64,000 nucleotides of DNA from Bacteroidaceae bacterium (GCA_024693505.1 JAILKU010000108.1:3115-67114); one strand, 5' to 3'. Shown: positions 52,610-62,306, counted from the first letter of the stretch. The notes: generated by a model not told the origin, from the letters alone. Made by a program: numbers and translations.

Positions 52610-55012
52610 ATGAAGACAATGACACATAGGATGCAGGCCGCCATCCTCATAGTATGCGGCTCGCTTAGTACTGCGGCACAGAATGTACGCGGCACAGTTA
52701 CCGATGCTATCAGCGGCGAACCGCTCATCGGTGCAACAGTTCGGATTTCAGAACTCGAAGACGTGGGGGCTGTCACCGACATCGACGGGAACTATCACCT
52801 CGACCTTGGAAAAGCCGGACGTTACACTGTGGAATGCCGGTATGTGGGTTACGAGCCCAGCGTGCTGAAGGAGCAGCTCATCGTCGGTGTCAGGGAAAAC
52901 GTCATCGACATTGCCCTGCGTGAGAGCGACCTCGAACTCAAAGAAGTCGTGATAAAACCCAGGGTGAACAAAATGGCCACGGTGAACCCCACCGCACTAG
53001 TGGGCGGCGTGATGCTCTCTATGGAGGAGGCCACCCGATTTGCCGGTGGCGCCAACGACCCCGCCCGTCTGGTCTCGGCTTTTGCAGGCATCTCGGCCGG
53101 CAACAACGGCAATGGCGTGTCGGTCCATGGCAACGCACCCCAGATGATGCAGTACCGCATTGAGGGAGTCGAGGTCTTTACACCCAACCACTACAACGAT
53201 TTCTACGAAGCCGGCTTCGGCATGGTCAGCGCACTGAATGCCAACGTCGTCGGCAATTCCGACTTCTTCGTCTCAACGTTCAATGCCAACTACGCCAATT
53301 CACTCAGCGGCGTGTTCGACGTGAAGATGCGGGCCGGCAACAACTCGAAATGCGAGAACCTCATCCAGGTGGGAACCGTTTCTGAGGAGTTCACCTCCGA
53401 GGGCCCCCTCTCCAAGAAGGGTCGCTCTAGCTACATCTTCAACTATCGGTATGGCTTCACCTCGCTGGCAGACAAACTGGGTCTCATAGACTACGACACA
53501 AAATTCGACTTCCAGGACTTCTCCCTGAAGCTGAACTTCCCCACTAGGAAGGCTGGCACCTTCTCCGTCTTTTCACTCGGCTACTACGACGGAGCCAAGG
53601 ACTATGCCCCTAAGATAGACGATATCATCAGCATTTACGATGCATCGCGCCAGAAGGGGCATCTCTGGGGACTGCTCGGTGGCATGTCGCACAAGATTTA
53701 TTTCAAAAGCAAGTGGACATGGCGTACGACCGCAGCCTACAACGGCCAGCACATCAAATCAGACATTGACTACTGGGGGCTTAACCGGACGCTTGCGAAA
53801 GGACTGGTCATCCCCGTCAGCTACGAGACGCCTCAGGTACTTTATCCCTATAGCCACCAGAAGATGAACGAAGACCGCCTGATACTGAACACCGAGCTGT
53901 CAAAGCAGATTATGCCCAAATGGCTCGTGCAGTTCGGAGCCGATTATTCCCACCGTTTCTTCGACCTCGGCTATAGTTCCACTGACTTCGTTTACAGCAC
54001 CTCCCCCTTCACCGACCTGGTGCAGAGCCAGGACGACACCGGGCTGGGTAGCATCTTCTGGCAGAACGTCGTCAAGCCTACCGATAAACTGAGTCTGAAC
54101 CTCGGCGTATCGGCTACCTATTTCCTCCTCTCCAGGGATTTCAGTCCCGAACCCCGCGTCAGTGTCAAGTGGGAACCCAACGACCGCAGTTCCTTCGCTC
54201 TGGGCTACGGACTGCACTCGATGATGGAGCGCATGGACGCCTATTTCTACCGGGAGAACGGCAAGCAGGTCAACGAGAACCTAGGTCTTTCCAAGGCTCA
54301 CCACATGCTGGGCACCTACATCTATAAATTCAATGATAATATGAACCTTCGCTTTAACGCCTACTACCAGCATGGCTTCGACACCCCGGTCGGCATCAAC
54401 GGTTCCACCTTCTGCTCCGTAAACCGTTTCATGAACTACTTCAACCAGCAGCTTGTCAACGATGGAAAGACACGCAACTACGGCGCAGACGTCACCCTGG
54501 AGCACTACATGCACCGCGGCTACTTCGGACAGGTCAACGTCTCTGTCTTCAAGTCGGAATATCAGGCCCAGGACCGCAAGTGGCGTTCTCAGCTCTACGA
54601 CCGTCGCTTTGCAGCCAAGATGCTCGGAGGTAAGGAATGGATGGTGGGCCGGAAGAAGCAGAACGTCGTCAACGTCAGCGCAAAATATACCGTGCAGGGT
54701 GGCCTGCGATATACCCCTATGGACATCCCTGCCATGAACGCCCTGATGGATGCAGGACAGTTTGTAGAACAGGACATCTTCAAGGATGACGAGGCCATGA
54801 GTCGCCACTACAAGCCCGAGCACACCATAGACCTTACCGTCAGCTACAAGCACAACGCCCGCCGCGTCAGTCACACCATCGCCTTCGAGGGCATAAACAT
54901 CCTGATGAACGAAACGCCGTACGCACAGCACTACGACCTGCGCACCCGCACCGTCCAGACATACAAGACCGGTATGTCGTTGCCCAACCTCTTCTACCGG
55001 CTCGACTTCTGA
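52610..55012 (+). CDS. TonB-dependent receptor with an N-terminal carboxypeptidase-regulatory-like domain
   Basis: About 800 aa from ATG 52610 (MKTMTHRMQAAILIVCGSLSTAAQ). VRGTVTDAISGEPLIGATVRI, a plug region, a long beta-barrel and a terminal ...LFYRLDF. Confidence 0.85.
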   Translation: MKTMTHRMQAAILIVCGSLSTAAQNVRGTVTDAISGEPLIGATVRISELEDVGAVTDIDGNYHLDLGKAGRYTVECRYVGYEPSVLKEQLIVGVRENVIDIALRESDLELKEVVIKPRVNKMATVNPTALVGGVMLSMEEATRFAGGANDPARLVSAFAGISAGNNGNGVSVHGNAPQMMQYRIEGVEVFTPNHYNDFYEAGFGMVSALNANVVGNSDFFVSTFNANYANSLSGVFDVKMRAGNNSKCENLIQVGTVSEEFTSEGPLSKKGRSSYIFNYRYGFTSLADKLGLIDYDTKFDFQDFSLKLNFPTRKAGTFSVFSLGYYDGAKDYAPKIDDIISIYDASRQKGHLWGLLGGMSHKIYFKSKWTWRTTAAYNGQHIKSDIDYWGLNRTLAKGLVIPVSYETPQVLYPYSHQKMNEDRLILNTELSKQIMPKWLVQFGADYSHRFFDLGYSSTDFVYSTSPFTDLVQSQDDTGLGSIFWQNVVKPTDKLSLNLGVSATYFLLSRDFSPEPRVSVKWEPNDRSSFALGYGLHSMMERMDAYFYRENGKQVNENLGLSKAHHMLGTYIYKFNDNMNLRFNAYYQHGFDTPVGINGSTFCSVNRFMNYFNQQLVNDGKTRNYGADVTLEHYMHRGYFGQVNVSVFKSEYQAQDRKWRSQLYDRRFAAKMLGGKEWMVGRKKQNVVNVSAKYTVQGGLRYTPMDIPAMNALMDAGQFVEQDIFKDDEAMSRHYKPEHTIDLTVSYKHNARRVSHTIAFEGINILMNETPYAQHYDLRTRTVQTYKTGMSLPNLFYRLDF

Positions 55013-55064
55013 TAATGCTCACCTTTGGCATGCAGGAAACGTCTGAACCAGGACGGCTTGTTAT

Positions 55065-56546
55065 CTATGTTCTCTTCAGTATGAGGCGGTGATTGATGCA
55101 ACTGGGCAGTTCTTCTTCGTAATGAGAAACCATGACCATTGTCTTGTGGCGGCGTCGGCAGAACGTCTCGATGATGTCTTTCACCCGGCGGCGCTGTCGT
55201 TCGTCCAGTCCGTGAAGGGGCTCGTCTAGAATCAGCAACTCGGGGTCTTTGACAAAGGCGCGGGCCAGTAGACAGAGGCGTTGCTCCCCGCTGCTGAGCC
55301 GCAGGAAGGTGCGGTCGGCAAGCGACTCTATCCCCATCACCTTCATCCATCCCAGGCAGACGGACCTCTGTTCGGGGCGTGGCCGCTGGTAGAGACCGAC
55401 CGAGTCGTGGAGGCCGCTGGCCACGATGTCGATGGCCGGAAGGTCCTTCATGTAGGCCCTGTGCATCTCTGGGCTGACATAGCCAATATGGCGCTTTATT
55501 TCCCAGATACTCTCGCCCGATCCGCGTTGGTGGCCGAAGAGCGAAATGTCGCAGGCATAGGCCTGGGGATTGTCTGCGCAGACCAGGCTGAGCAGCGTGC
55601 TTTTACCAGAGCCGTTCTGGCCTGTCAGTGCCCATCGCTCTCCTTCCCGTACTGTCCAACTCAGATCGTCCAGGATGGTGCGCTGTCCGTATCGGATGCT
55701 GACGTGTCGGAAGCTTAATATCTCGCCCCCCTCCTTGGGGTAGAAACTCTCGGCGATGATGTCGCGTTCCGGCAGGGCGGCAATCCACTGCTCTTCCTCG
55801 GCAGGCAGTCCTTCCGGGCTTTCCTCTGTCTGGTTCATGAAGTCCTGGCGCGTCTGCTTTGGCAGTAGGCGCAGTCCCTCGATGGGCAGAACGTGGGTGA
55901 CGAAGTCGGGAATCTCATCGCGCCGGCTCAGCACCAAGATGACTTGCAGTCCTGTCTGACTGATGAGTTCCTGCAGGAGTTCTTTCAGCTGCTGGCGAGT
56001 GGGGGCGTCCAGGCCGATGAAGGGATTGTCCAGTATCAGCGCCCTCGGTTCTCCCATCAGGGCTCGGGTCAACTGAAACTTGCGCAGCTCGCCGCTACTT
56101 AGGGTGATAATGTATTTGTCCAAAAGGTTTTCCAGGTGGAAAAGGCTTACCAGCTTCGCCGTCAGGGCTTCCTTCTCCTTGGCGGAGTTCAGTGCGGGCG
56201 CTTTGCCGATAAGGTCTGCTACGGTGGGTGTCTGCTCGTCTATGTCGTGCTGGTTCCAGCGCTGCTGATAATAATAGGTACCGTCGGTCTCTCCGTACGA
56301 GTCGCGGAAGGAAATGTAGCGCAGATTCTCGCTTACCAGACGGTGTGCGCCCGGCCCGAAATCGTACTGCACTTCGTTCATCAGTAGGGGGTAGTGGCCG
56401 GTCAGGATTTCTACCAGTCGGCTCTTTCCGGCGGCATTATCGCCTATGATGGCCACTTGTTCGCCTGGCTGAATTTCCAGGTTTACGGGTTCTGCCATCC
56501 GCCAGTCGGGGTGGCGCGTTATGCCGTTTTCTATTTTGATGTGCAT
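55065..56546 (-). CDS. modF: tandem-ABC ATPase, ModF-like
   Basis: 493 aa with two ABC cassettes. The second half (LFGHQRGSGESIWEIKRHIGYVSPEMH; LSSGEQRLCLLARAFVKDPELLILDEPLHGLD) closely follows my recollection of E. coli ModF. Confidence 0.7.
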   Translation of the reverse strand: MHIKIENGITRHPDWRMAEPVNLEIQPGEQVAIIGDNAAGKSRLVEILTGHYPLLMNEVQYDFGPGAHRLVSENLRYISFRDSYGETDGTYYYQQRWNQHDIDEQTPTVADLIGKAPALNSAKEKEALTAKLVSLFHLENLLDKYIITLSSGELRKFQLTRALMGEPRALILDNPFIGLDAPTRQQLKELLQELISQTGLQVILVLSRRDEIPDFVTHVLPIEGLRLLPKQTRQDFMNQTEESPEGLPAEEEQWIAALPERDIIAESFYPKEGGEILSFRHVSIRYGQRTILDDLSWTVREGERWALTGQNGSGKSTLLSLVCADNPQAYACDISLFGHQRGSGESIWEIKRHIGYVSPEMHRAYMKDLPAIDIVASGLHDSVGLYQRPRPEQRSVCLGWMKVMGIESLADRTFLRLSSGEQRLCLLARAFVKDPELLILDEPLHGLDERQRRRVKDIIETFCRRRHKTMVMVSHYEEELPSCINHRLILKRT

Positions 56547-56604
56547 GGGATTGGGCTTAATGGGAGTTGATGGGAATGATGGGAACTGATGGGAATGATG
56601 GGAG
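56545..56604. repeat. microsatellite-like ATGGGA(A/G) repeats filling the ruvC-modF intergenic space
   Basis: About 6 copies of ATGGGAR spaced 9-14 nt apart; the last four copies are 9-11 nt apart. Confidence 0.7.
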
Positions 56605-56606
56605 TT

Positions 56607-57197
56607 TTAATCCTTTTTCTTCGTTCTGCCTTCGTTTATTCGGTCGCTGTTTTTGCGTGCGAAGTCTTTCCAGTTGGAGTACTTATGGCCGGTTTCGGGC
56701 CGTCCCATTTGCAGAAAATGGCAATAGGCTGCGCCCAATGCGTCTGTGGCATCCAGGTAACGGCCCATCTCTTCGGCATCCAATTTCAGCATGCGGCGCA
56801 GCATATCGGCCACCTGTTCCTTGCTGGCATTGCCGTTTCCGGTGATGGCCATCTTGATTTTAGTGGGTGCATACTCCGTGATGGGCACTTGCCGGTTGAT
56901 GGCTGCAGCCATCGCAACGCCCTGCGCTCGTCCCAGTTTCAGCATGCTTTGTACGTTCTTTCCGAAGAAAGGAGCCTCGATGGCCAGTTCGTCAGGCAGG
57001 TAGGCTTGGATGATACCGCTTACGCGCTCGAAGATATGACCCAGTTTCAGGTAGTGGTCGGCATATCGGCGCAGGTCGATGACCCCCAGAGCTAACATCT
57101 GGGCCTGCCGTCCGCTGACGCGAAGCACGCCGTAGCCCATCAGGTTGGTACCGGGGTCTATGCCCATAATCACTTTCTCCATCGCTCTTTGCATCAT
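56607..57197 (-). CDS. ruvC: crossover junction endodeoxyribonuclease RuvC
   Basis: [16 protein letters not shown] and a C-terminal [15 protein letters not shown] 57195-57197 overlaps the upstream TGA (ATGA). ATG 57180-57182 is an alternative start. Confidence 0.9.
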   Translation of the reverse strand: MMQRAMEKVIMGIDPGTNLMGYGVLRVSGRQAQMLALGVIDLRRYADHYLKLGHIFERVSGIIQAYLPDELAIEAPFFGKNVQSMLKLGRAQGVAMAAAINRQVPITEYAPTKIKMAITGNGNASKEQVADMLRRMLKLDAEEMGRYLDATDALGAAYCHFLQMGRPETGHKYSNWKDFARKNSDRINEGRTKKKD

Positions 57198-57502
57198 ACC
57201 TCCTCCATCAGAGTGCTGAATCCCGCTATGCGATCGTCGAAGACGCGCTTCATCTCCTCGGCCAGCGGTTGTCCCTGCCGCAGTAGCCATTTGTGCAGAA
57301 TGGCACTATTGGGCACCGAGAGCTGTAGCGAGAAGCACTCCGTCTGCTCATCGTGATGGCTGAGGACACGAAGCAGTCGCGGCTCATCGAGCACACCGTC
57401 CTGCTCTATGGCGGGAAGCATAGTCTCCTGCACCCAGATGACGAAGTTGCGGGCATCGGAAACGGGCATCGAATAGGTGGTGTTGAATATCAATTTCTTC
57501 AT
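57194..57502 (-). CDS. DUF4286 family protein
   Basis: [32 protein letters not shown] from ATG 57500-57502. The listed TTG start lies inside the -7 box. Confidence 0.75.
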   Translation of the reverse strand: MKKLIFNTTYSMPVSDARNFVIWVQETMLPAIEQDGVLDEPRLLRVLSHHDEQTECFSLQLSVPNSAILHKWLLRQGQPLAEEMKRVFDDRIAGFSTLMEEV

Positions 57503-57511
57503 TTCAGAGTG

Positions 57512-57519
57512 CAAAGGTA
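57512..57519 (-). promoter_or_regulatory. candidate -7 box (TACCTTTG on minus strand) for DUF4286-ruvC-modF
   Basis: The plus strand reads CAAAGGTA, 9 nt from ATG 57502. Confidence 0.4.
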
Positions 57520-57584
57520 AGAAAAATTAGTGAGAATTCACACTTTTTATACCTTATAATATGTCTTATTCCAAAAATAATCCT

Positions 57585-57592
57585 TAACTTTG
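57585..57592 (+). promoter_or_regulatory. candidate -7 box (TAACTTTG) for the DUF1573 gene
   Basis: TAACTTTG about 36 nt upstream of ATG 57628. Confidence 0.4.
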
Positions 57593-57627
57593 CCGCTGAA
57601 TTCATCGTAAAACAAGAAAAAAGCGTT

Positions 57628-58065
57628 ATGAAGAAACTTTTTATCCTTTGTCTGACCGCTGCTCTCTCGATGGGAGTTCAAGCTCAGGTTAAGACGCAGA
57701 AAGTAAATGTAAGCGAGGTTAAGCCTATGGCCGATTCTAATGCAGACAAGTTTGCCGAGATAAAGTTCGACACCCTGCGCCACAACTTTGGAACATTCAG
57801 CAAGAATGAGCCTATTGTGAACTGCAGTTTCGCCTTCACCAATACCGGTACGGCCCCCCTCGTTATTCACCAGGCATTAGCCAGCTGTGGCTGCACTGTG
57901 CCCAGGTTTACCAAGGAGCCCATTGCCCCCGGAGAGCGCGGTGCTATTGACGTGACTTATAATGGAAAGGACAAGTTCCCCGGCCATTTCCAGAAAACCA
58001 TTACGATACGTACCAATGCGCTGACCGAGGTTGTCCGTCTCGTCATTGAGGGCACCATGGAGTAG
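57628..58065 (+). CDS. DUF1573 domain-containing exported protein
   Basis: 145 aa with a signal peptide. HNFGTF...FAFTNTGTAPLVI...CGCTVP...IAPGERGAIDVTYN. Confidence 0.85.
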   Translation: MKKLFILCLTAALSMGVQAQVKTQKVNVSEVKPMADSNADKFAEIKFDTLRHNFGTFSKNEPIVNCSFAFTNTGTAPLVIHQALASCGCTVPRFTKEPIAPGERGAIDVTYNGKDKFPGHFQKTITIRTNALTEVVRLVIEGTME

Positions 58066-58111
58066 TCCGCCTGCCATGCCCTCATCACTGTATTTAGCTA
58101 ACCTTTAATTT

Positions 58112-60214
58112 ATGTTTATTAGAAAAACCGTTCGGAGGCTGGCCTCGTTGGCTGCCCTCTGCCTTTGTACCCTGGGAGCCTCGGCTGTCGGGGGAAAAAC
58201 GTCTGTATCGAAAGGTGATACCATTTGGTGCGTGGCTTCTCGCCAGAACGACCTGGCCCGGCTGCTCGAGAGCGAGGGCTTCGTGCTCGTTCGCGGCGGA
58301 AATAACCTTACGGCCCTCTTCCTGGCACCACAGGGTGCACCCGTTCTCCTGCTCGGCAACGGTTCCACCGAGCCAGTCCAGCTGTCGCAGGAGGAGGTCA
58401 GCCTGATAGAGCGCAAGGGGTTGCGCGTCTATGCCGACTATACGGCAATGCCCGGGCAGGAAGTACAGCTGCGCGGCGTGGGATGGGAGCGAGTCGTCGT
58501 TACCGAAAAGATGGGTCAGACACTCAAACCCATGGACCTGCTTTCCATCAATCGTGCCCGCTTCTTCCCAGTCAAGGGCGTACGGCCTTCTATGGTCATT
58601 GCCCGGGTGGCAGGCTTCGACGATGCTGTCTTCGGTTTGGCAGACACGCAGACCTTCCCCCTGGTGGACCATCCCAAGCGTAATATCTGCATCTCTACGG
58701 CCCGCCTGAGCGATTTCGCTCGTCTGCGCCTTATGCCCGAGAACCGGTGGCAGGCCTTCTGGGAGGCACAGCTTAGCGACCTTCTGCGCCGTGAGGTACA
58801 TTTCGGCTCCTGGCCCACACGGGTTACGCCCGCCTATACCGCTTCGGAGCAACTGCCCGATACGGCCAGGATACATGCCGTACGGAAGGGTGTAGAGTGG
58901 TTCTGGGCCGGCCACTTGTTGGTGCACCCCTCGTGGAAGCCCGACTATCTCGATAAGTATCAGGTCATCGATCCTCCCGTGGGACCCGAACTGCCCGCAG
59001 ATGCGCAGACCGGAGACGGCAGCCTGGGCATACTGGAGGGGCACTGCTCGGCCATCGATGCCGACGGGCACCAGGCCTATCGCTACAGCCTGCGCACCGA
59101 TGTGCACGGCGAATCGGCAATGGCCCTGGCCCTGGCCGCCAAACTGCTGGGACAGGAAAAGTATGCGCAGACGGCCCACCGACTGGTGGATGTGGCAATA
59201 AAGGAAGGTATTGCCGGGCCTCGCAACGACCCCAATAACCCTGCCTATGGCCTTGTCTCCTGGGGCTTCTCGAACGACTATCTGCGCAGTGTCTATTATG
59301 GCGACGACAATGCCCGCTTCCTGCTGGGCGCCCTGCTGGCTGTCCGTCTGCTGGGCGAGCACCAATGGGACGATCAGCTGCGCCGGGCCATTGACGCCAA
59401 TTTCCAGACTACCAGTGAGGATGGATTCCGGGGGCCCAGGCTCGAGCATGCCGATGTCGAGAAGAACGGACGGGAGTTCTACCAGAAACGTCACCTCTTC
59501 AATCCTCATCCCCACTACGAGAGCTGGATGTGGGCCGTCTATCTCTGGCTCTATGGCCAGACGGGCGAGAAGGCCTATCTGGATCTGGCCGAGAAAGGTA
59601 TCTCCAAGACGATGGCTGTCTATCCCGACGGGCTTCGCTGGACCAATGGCCTCCAGCAGGAGCGAGGACGCTTGGTATTGCCCCTGGCCTGGCTGTATCG
59701 CGTATCTCCCACCGACGAGCACCGCCAGTGGCTGGACCGTGTGGTAAACGACCTGAAGGCCAATCAGGTGCCCTGCGGAGCCATCCGCGAGGAACTGGGC
59801 GACCCCTCGAAGGGTGACTTCGGTGGTCCCCGCAATAATCAGGAGTACGGTGGCAACGAGGCGCCGCTCATCTTCCATAATGGCGACCCCGTGGCCGATA
59901 TGCTCTATACTTCCAACTTTGCCTTCTTCGGGCTGAACGAGGCGGCCCGGGCCACAGGCGACCCTGCCATAGCCGAGATGACCAAGCGCCTGGCCGACTT
60001 CCTGGTGCGCATACAGGCCTGCAGTACAGAGTGTCCCGGCGTGGATGGGGCTTGGTACCGTGCCTTCAATTATCGCGACTGGAACTGGTGGGCTTCCAAT
60101 TCCGATGCCGGATGGGGCAACCTCAGTACCCTGACGGGCTGGATACAGAGCTGGATTGTAGGGACCCTGGCCATGATGCAGATGAAAACATCATACTGGG
60201 ATCTGACGCACTAA
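58112..60214 (+). CDS. secreted hypothetical protein, possibly (alpha/alpha)-toroid glycoside-hydrolase-like
   Basis: 700 aa with signal peptide MFIRKTVRRLASLAALCLCTLGASA. The C-terminal two-thirds are rich in W/Y-containing helical repeats. No family recognised with confidence. Confidence 0.5.
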   Translation: MFIRKTVRRLASLAALCLCTLGASAVGGKTSVSKGDTIWCVASRQNDLARLLESEGFVLVRGGNNLTALFLAPQGAPVLLLGNGSTEPVQLSQEEVSLIERKGLRVYADYTAMPGQEVQLRGVGWERVVVTEKMGQTLKPMDLLSINRARFFPVKGVRPSMVIARVAGFDDAVFGLADTQTFPLVDHPKRNICISTARLSDFARLRLMPENRWQAFWEAQLSDLLRREVHFGSWPTRVTPAYTASEQLPDTARIHAVRKGVEWFWAGHLLVHPSWKPDYLDKYQVIDPPVGPELPADAQTGDGSLGILEGHCSAIDADGHQAYRYSLRTDVHGESAMALALAAKLLGQEKYAQTAHRLVDVAIKEGIAGPRNDPNNPAYGLVSWGFSNDYLRSVYYGDDNARFLLGALLAVRLLGEHQWDDQLRRAIDANFQTTSEDGFRGPRLEHADVEKNGREFYQKRHLFNPHPHYESWMWAVYLWLYGQTGEKAYLDLAEKGISKTMAVYPDGLRWTNGLQQERGRLVLPLAWLYRVSPTDEHRQWLDRVVNDLKANQVPCGAIREELGDPSKGDFGGPRNNQEYGGNEAPLIFHNGDPVADMLYTSNFAFFGLNEAARATGDPAIAEMTKRLADFLVRIQACSTECPGVDGAWYRAFNYRDWNWWASNSDAGWGNLSTLTGWIQSWIVGTLAMMQMKTSYWDLTH

Positions 60215-60405
60215 GGGAGCGGGTTGCACATTTGCGCAAAGGCCTTTGAAAATTTGCTAGACCCGCCTCCCGCAAAAAAAATGCGCGATAGAAGCAAAAA
60301 AAACGAATAGAGAATATCTCTTCCAATGGATGGTATTTTCTTTGACGGAGTATCCGAAAGCATATTTTTCTGCCTTCTTCTCTTGCATATTATAGAATAA
60401 TGTTG

Positions 60406-60413
60406 TAACTTTG
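60406..60413 (+). promoter_or_regulatory. candidate -7 box (TAACTTTG) for the COG0523 gene
   Basis: TAACTTTG about 37 nt upstream of ATG 60450. Confidence 0.4.
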
Positions 60414-60449
60414 CGGACGTTTTGAAAGCGTATTGAAAAGATAAAGATA

Positions 60450-61778
60450 ATGAAGAAGAAGAACATTCCCGTCCTGCTGCTCACGGGTTATCTGGGCAGC
60501 GGAAAGACGACTCTGCTGAATCGCATACTCTCGAATGAGCGCGGCATACGCTTTGCCGTTATCGTGAACGACATAGGCGAGGTGAACATTGATGCCTCGC
60601 TGATACAGAAGGGTGGGGTGGTGAACCAGTCGGACGACAGTCTGGTTGCCCTGCAGAACGGCTGTATCTGCTGCACTCTGAAGATGGACCTGGTGGAACA
60701 ACTCCACGATATCATCGCTACAGGCAATTTCGACTATATCGTCATCGAGGCCAGCGGCATCTGCGAGCCGGGTCCCATTGCGCAGACGATATGCAGCATC
60801 CCGCAGATGGAGCCGCGCTACACCGAGGCCGGCGTACCCGTACTGGACAGCATCGTAACGGTGGTGGATGCCCTCAGGATGAAGGACGAGTTCGGCAGCG
60901 GCAGCGCATTGCTCAACCAGCGGCTGGACGAGGACGACCTGGAGAACCTGGTCATTCAGCAGATAGAATTCTGCACAATGGTGTTGCTGAACAAGGCAGC
61001 CGAGGTAGAGCCCGAGGAACTGGAGCGCATACGCCAGATTGTGCGCACCATCCAGCCGCAGGCCGAGATTATCGACTGCAATTATGGCGATGTGCCCCTG
61101 GAGCGACTGCTGAATACGGGGGCCTTCGACTTCGAGAAGGTGGCTACGAGCGCTACCTGGATTCATGAGATTGAGAAGCCTCATGAGGACGAAGACGAAA
61201 ACGAAGACGAAAACGTTAACCATCACGAAGACGAAGACGGTGACGAAGAGGAGCTCCACGAACATCATCACCATCATCACGATGATGATGACGAAGAAGA
61301 ACATGAACATCATCACCACCACCACGATGATGATGATGAAGAAGAACATGAAGAGCATCACCACCACCACCATCATCATCACCACCACGAAGGCGAGGGC
61401 GAGGCGCTGGAGTATGGCATCGGCACTTTCGTCTATTTCCGTCGCGAACCGATGGACTTGGGGCGCTTCGATGAGTTCGTGGCCCGCCACTGGCCGAAGA
61501 GCGTAATCCGTGCAAAGGGCGTATGCTATTTCCATGATGAGCGAGATACCTGTTATGTCTTTGAGCAGGCCGGCAGGCAGGTTTCCATAAAGAATGCGGG
61601 ACAGTGGTATGCCACTATGCCTAAGGACGAGTTGGAGTATATGCTCAGCCGCGATGCCACCCTGCGCCACGACTGGGATGACTATTACGGCGACCGCATG
61701 CAGAAAATTGTCTTCATTGGACAGAAAATGGACCGGAAAGCTATTGAGGAAGCACTCGACATGTGTCTGAGAAAATAA
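60450..61778 (+). CDS. COG0523-family (CobW/ZigA-like) GTPase metallochaperone with a long His/Asp/Glu tract
   Basis: 442 aa. P-loop GYLGSGKTTLLNRIL, GCICCT (CxCC) motif, a 70-aa His/acidic insert, and a CobW C-terminal domain. Confidence 0.85.
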   Translation: MKKKNIPVLLLTGYLGSGKTTLLNRILSNERGIRFAVIVNDIGEVNIDASLIQKGGVVNQSDDSLVALQNGCICCTLKMDLVEQLHDIIATGNFDYIVIEASGICEPGPIAQTICSIPQMEPRYTEAGVPVLDSIVTVVDALRMKDEFGSGSALLNQRLDEDDLENLVIQQIEFCTMVLLNKAAEVEPEELERIRQIVRTIQPQAEIIDCNYGDVPLERLLNTGAFDFEKVATSATWIHEIEKPHEDEDENEDENVNHHEDEDGDEEELHEHHHHHHDDDDEEEHEHHHHHHDDDDEEEHEEHHHHHHHHHHHEGEGEALEYGIGTFVYFRREPMDLGRFDEFVARHWPKSVIRAKGVCYFHDERDTCYVFEQAGRQVSIKNAGQWYATMPKDELEYMLSRDATLRHDWDDYYGDRMQKIVFIGQKMDRKAIEEALDMCLRK

Positions 61779-61838
61779 AAAAGTTGAAGCTAATCATAAA
61801 AAAATGGCAAAAACGTTGCACCTCTCGCAGAATTATAA

Positions 61839-61846
61839 TATTTTTG
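61839..61846 (+). promoter_or_regulatory. candidate -7 box (TATTTTTG) for the DUF4332 gene
   Basis: TATTTTTG about 53 nt upstream of ATG 61899. Confidence 0.35.
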
Positions 61847-61898
61847 CCACTGAGAACTATCTTTTTTTCTAACTAACATTAAAAAATAACACAAGAGT

Positions 61899-62306
61899 AT
61901 GGATTACAAGATTATTGACATCGAGGGCGTTGGTGATGTTTATGCCCCGAAACTGATTGCCGCTGGCATCAAGAAGGTAAGTGAACTATTGGAGAAGTGC
62001 GCCACCCCGAAGGGCCGCAAGGAACTGGCTGAGGAAACTGGCATCAGCGAGAAACTGATTCTGCGCTGGACGAATCATGCCGACCTGTTCCGCATCAAGG
62101 GTGTAGGACCCCAGTTCGCCGAATTACTGGAAGCCGCTGGTGTGGACACCGTCAAGGAGTTCCGTCATCGCGTAGCCGAGAATCTTCAGCCGAAGCTCGA
62201 GGAGGTGAATGCAGCCCGCCACATCTGCGGCCGCGTGCCCGCCCTCGTTGAGGTACAGAAGATGATTGAACTGGCCAAAGAGCTGGAGCCCAAAATGACT
62301 TATTAA
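61899..62306 (+). CDS. DUF4332 domain-containing protein (helix-hairpin-helix-like)
   Basis: 135 aa. IEGVGDVYAPKL...LFRIKGVGPQFAELLEAAGVDTVKEF. Confidence 0.75.
   Translation: MDYKIIDIEGVGDVYAPKLIAAGIKKVSELLEKCATPKGRKELAEETGISEKLILRWTNHADLFRIKGVGPQFAELLEAAGVDTVKEFRHRVAENLQPKLEEVNAARHICGRVPALVEVQKMIELAKELEPKMTY

Noticed and set aside
52590-52612. TATAATGATAACA just upstream of the TonB-dependent receptor ATG as a Fur box.
   Set aside because: It matches only about half of the 19-bp Fur consensus, lies downstream of the candidate -7 box, and the sequence is generically AT-rich. The evidence is too weak to report as a site.
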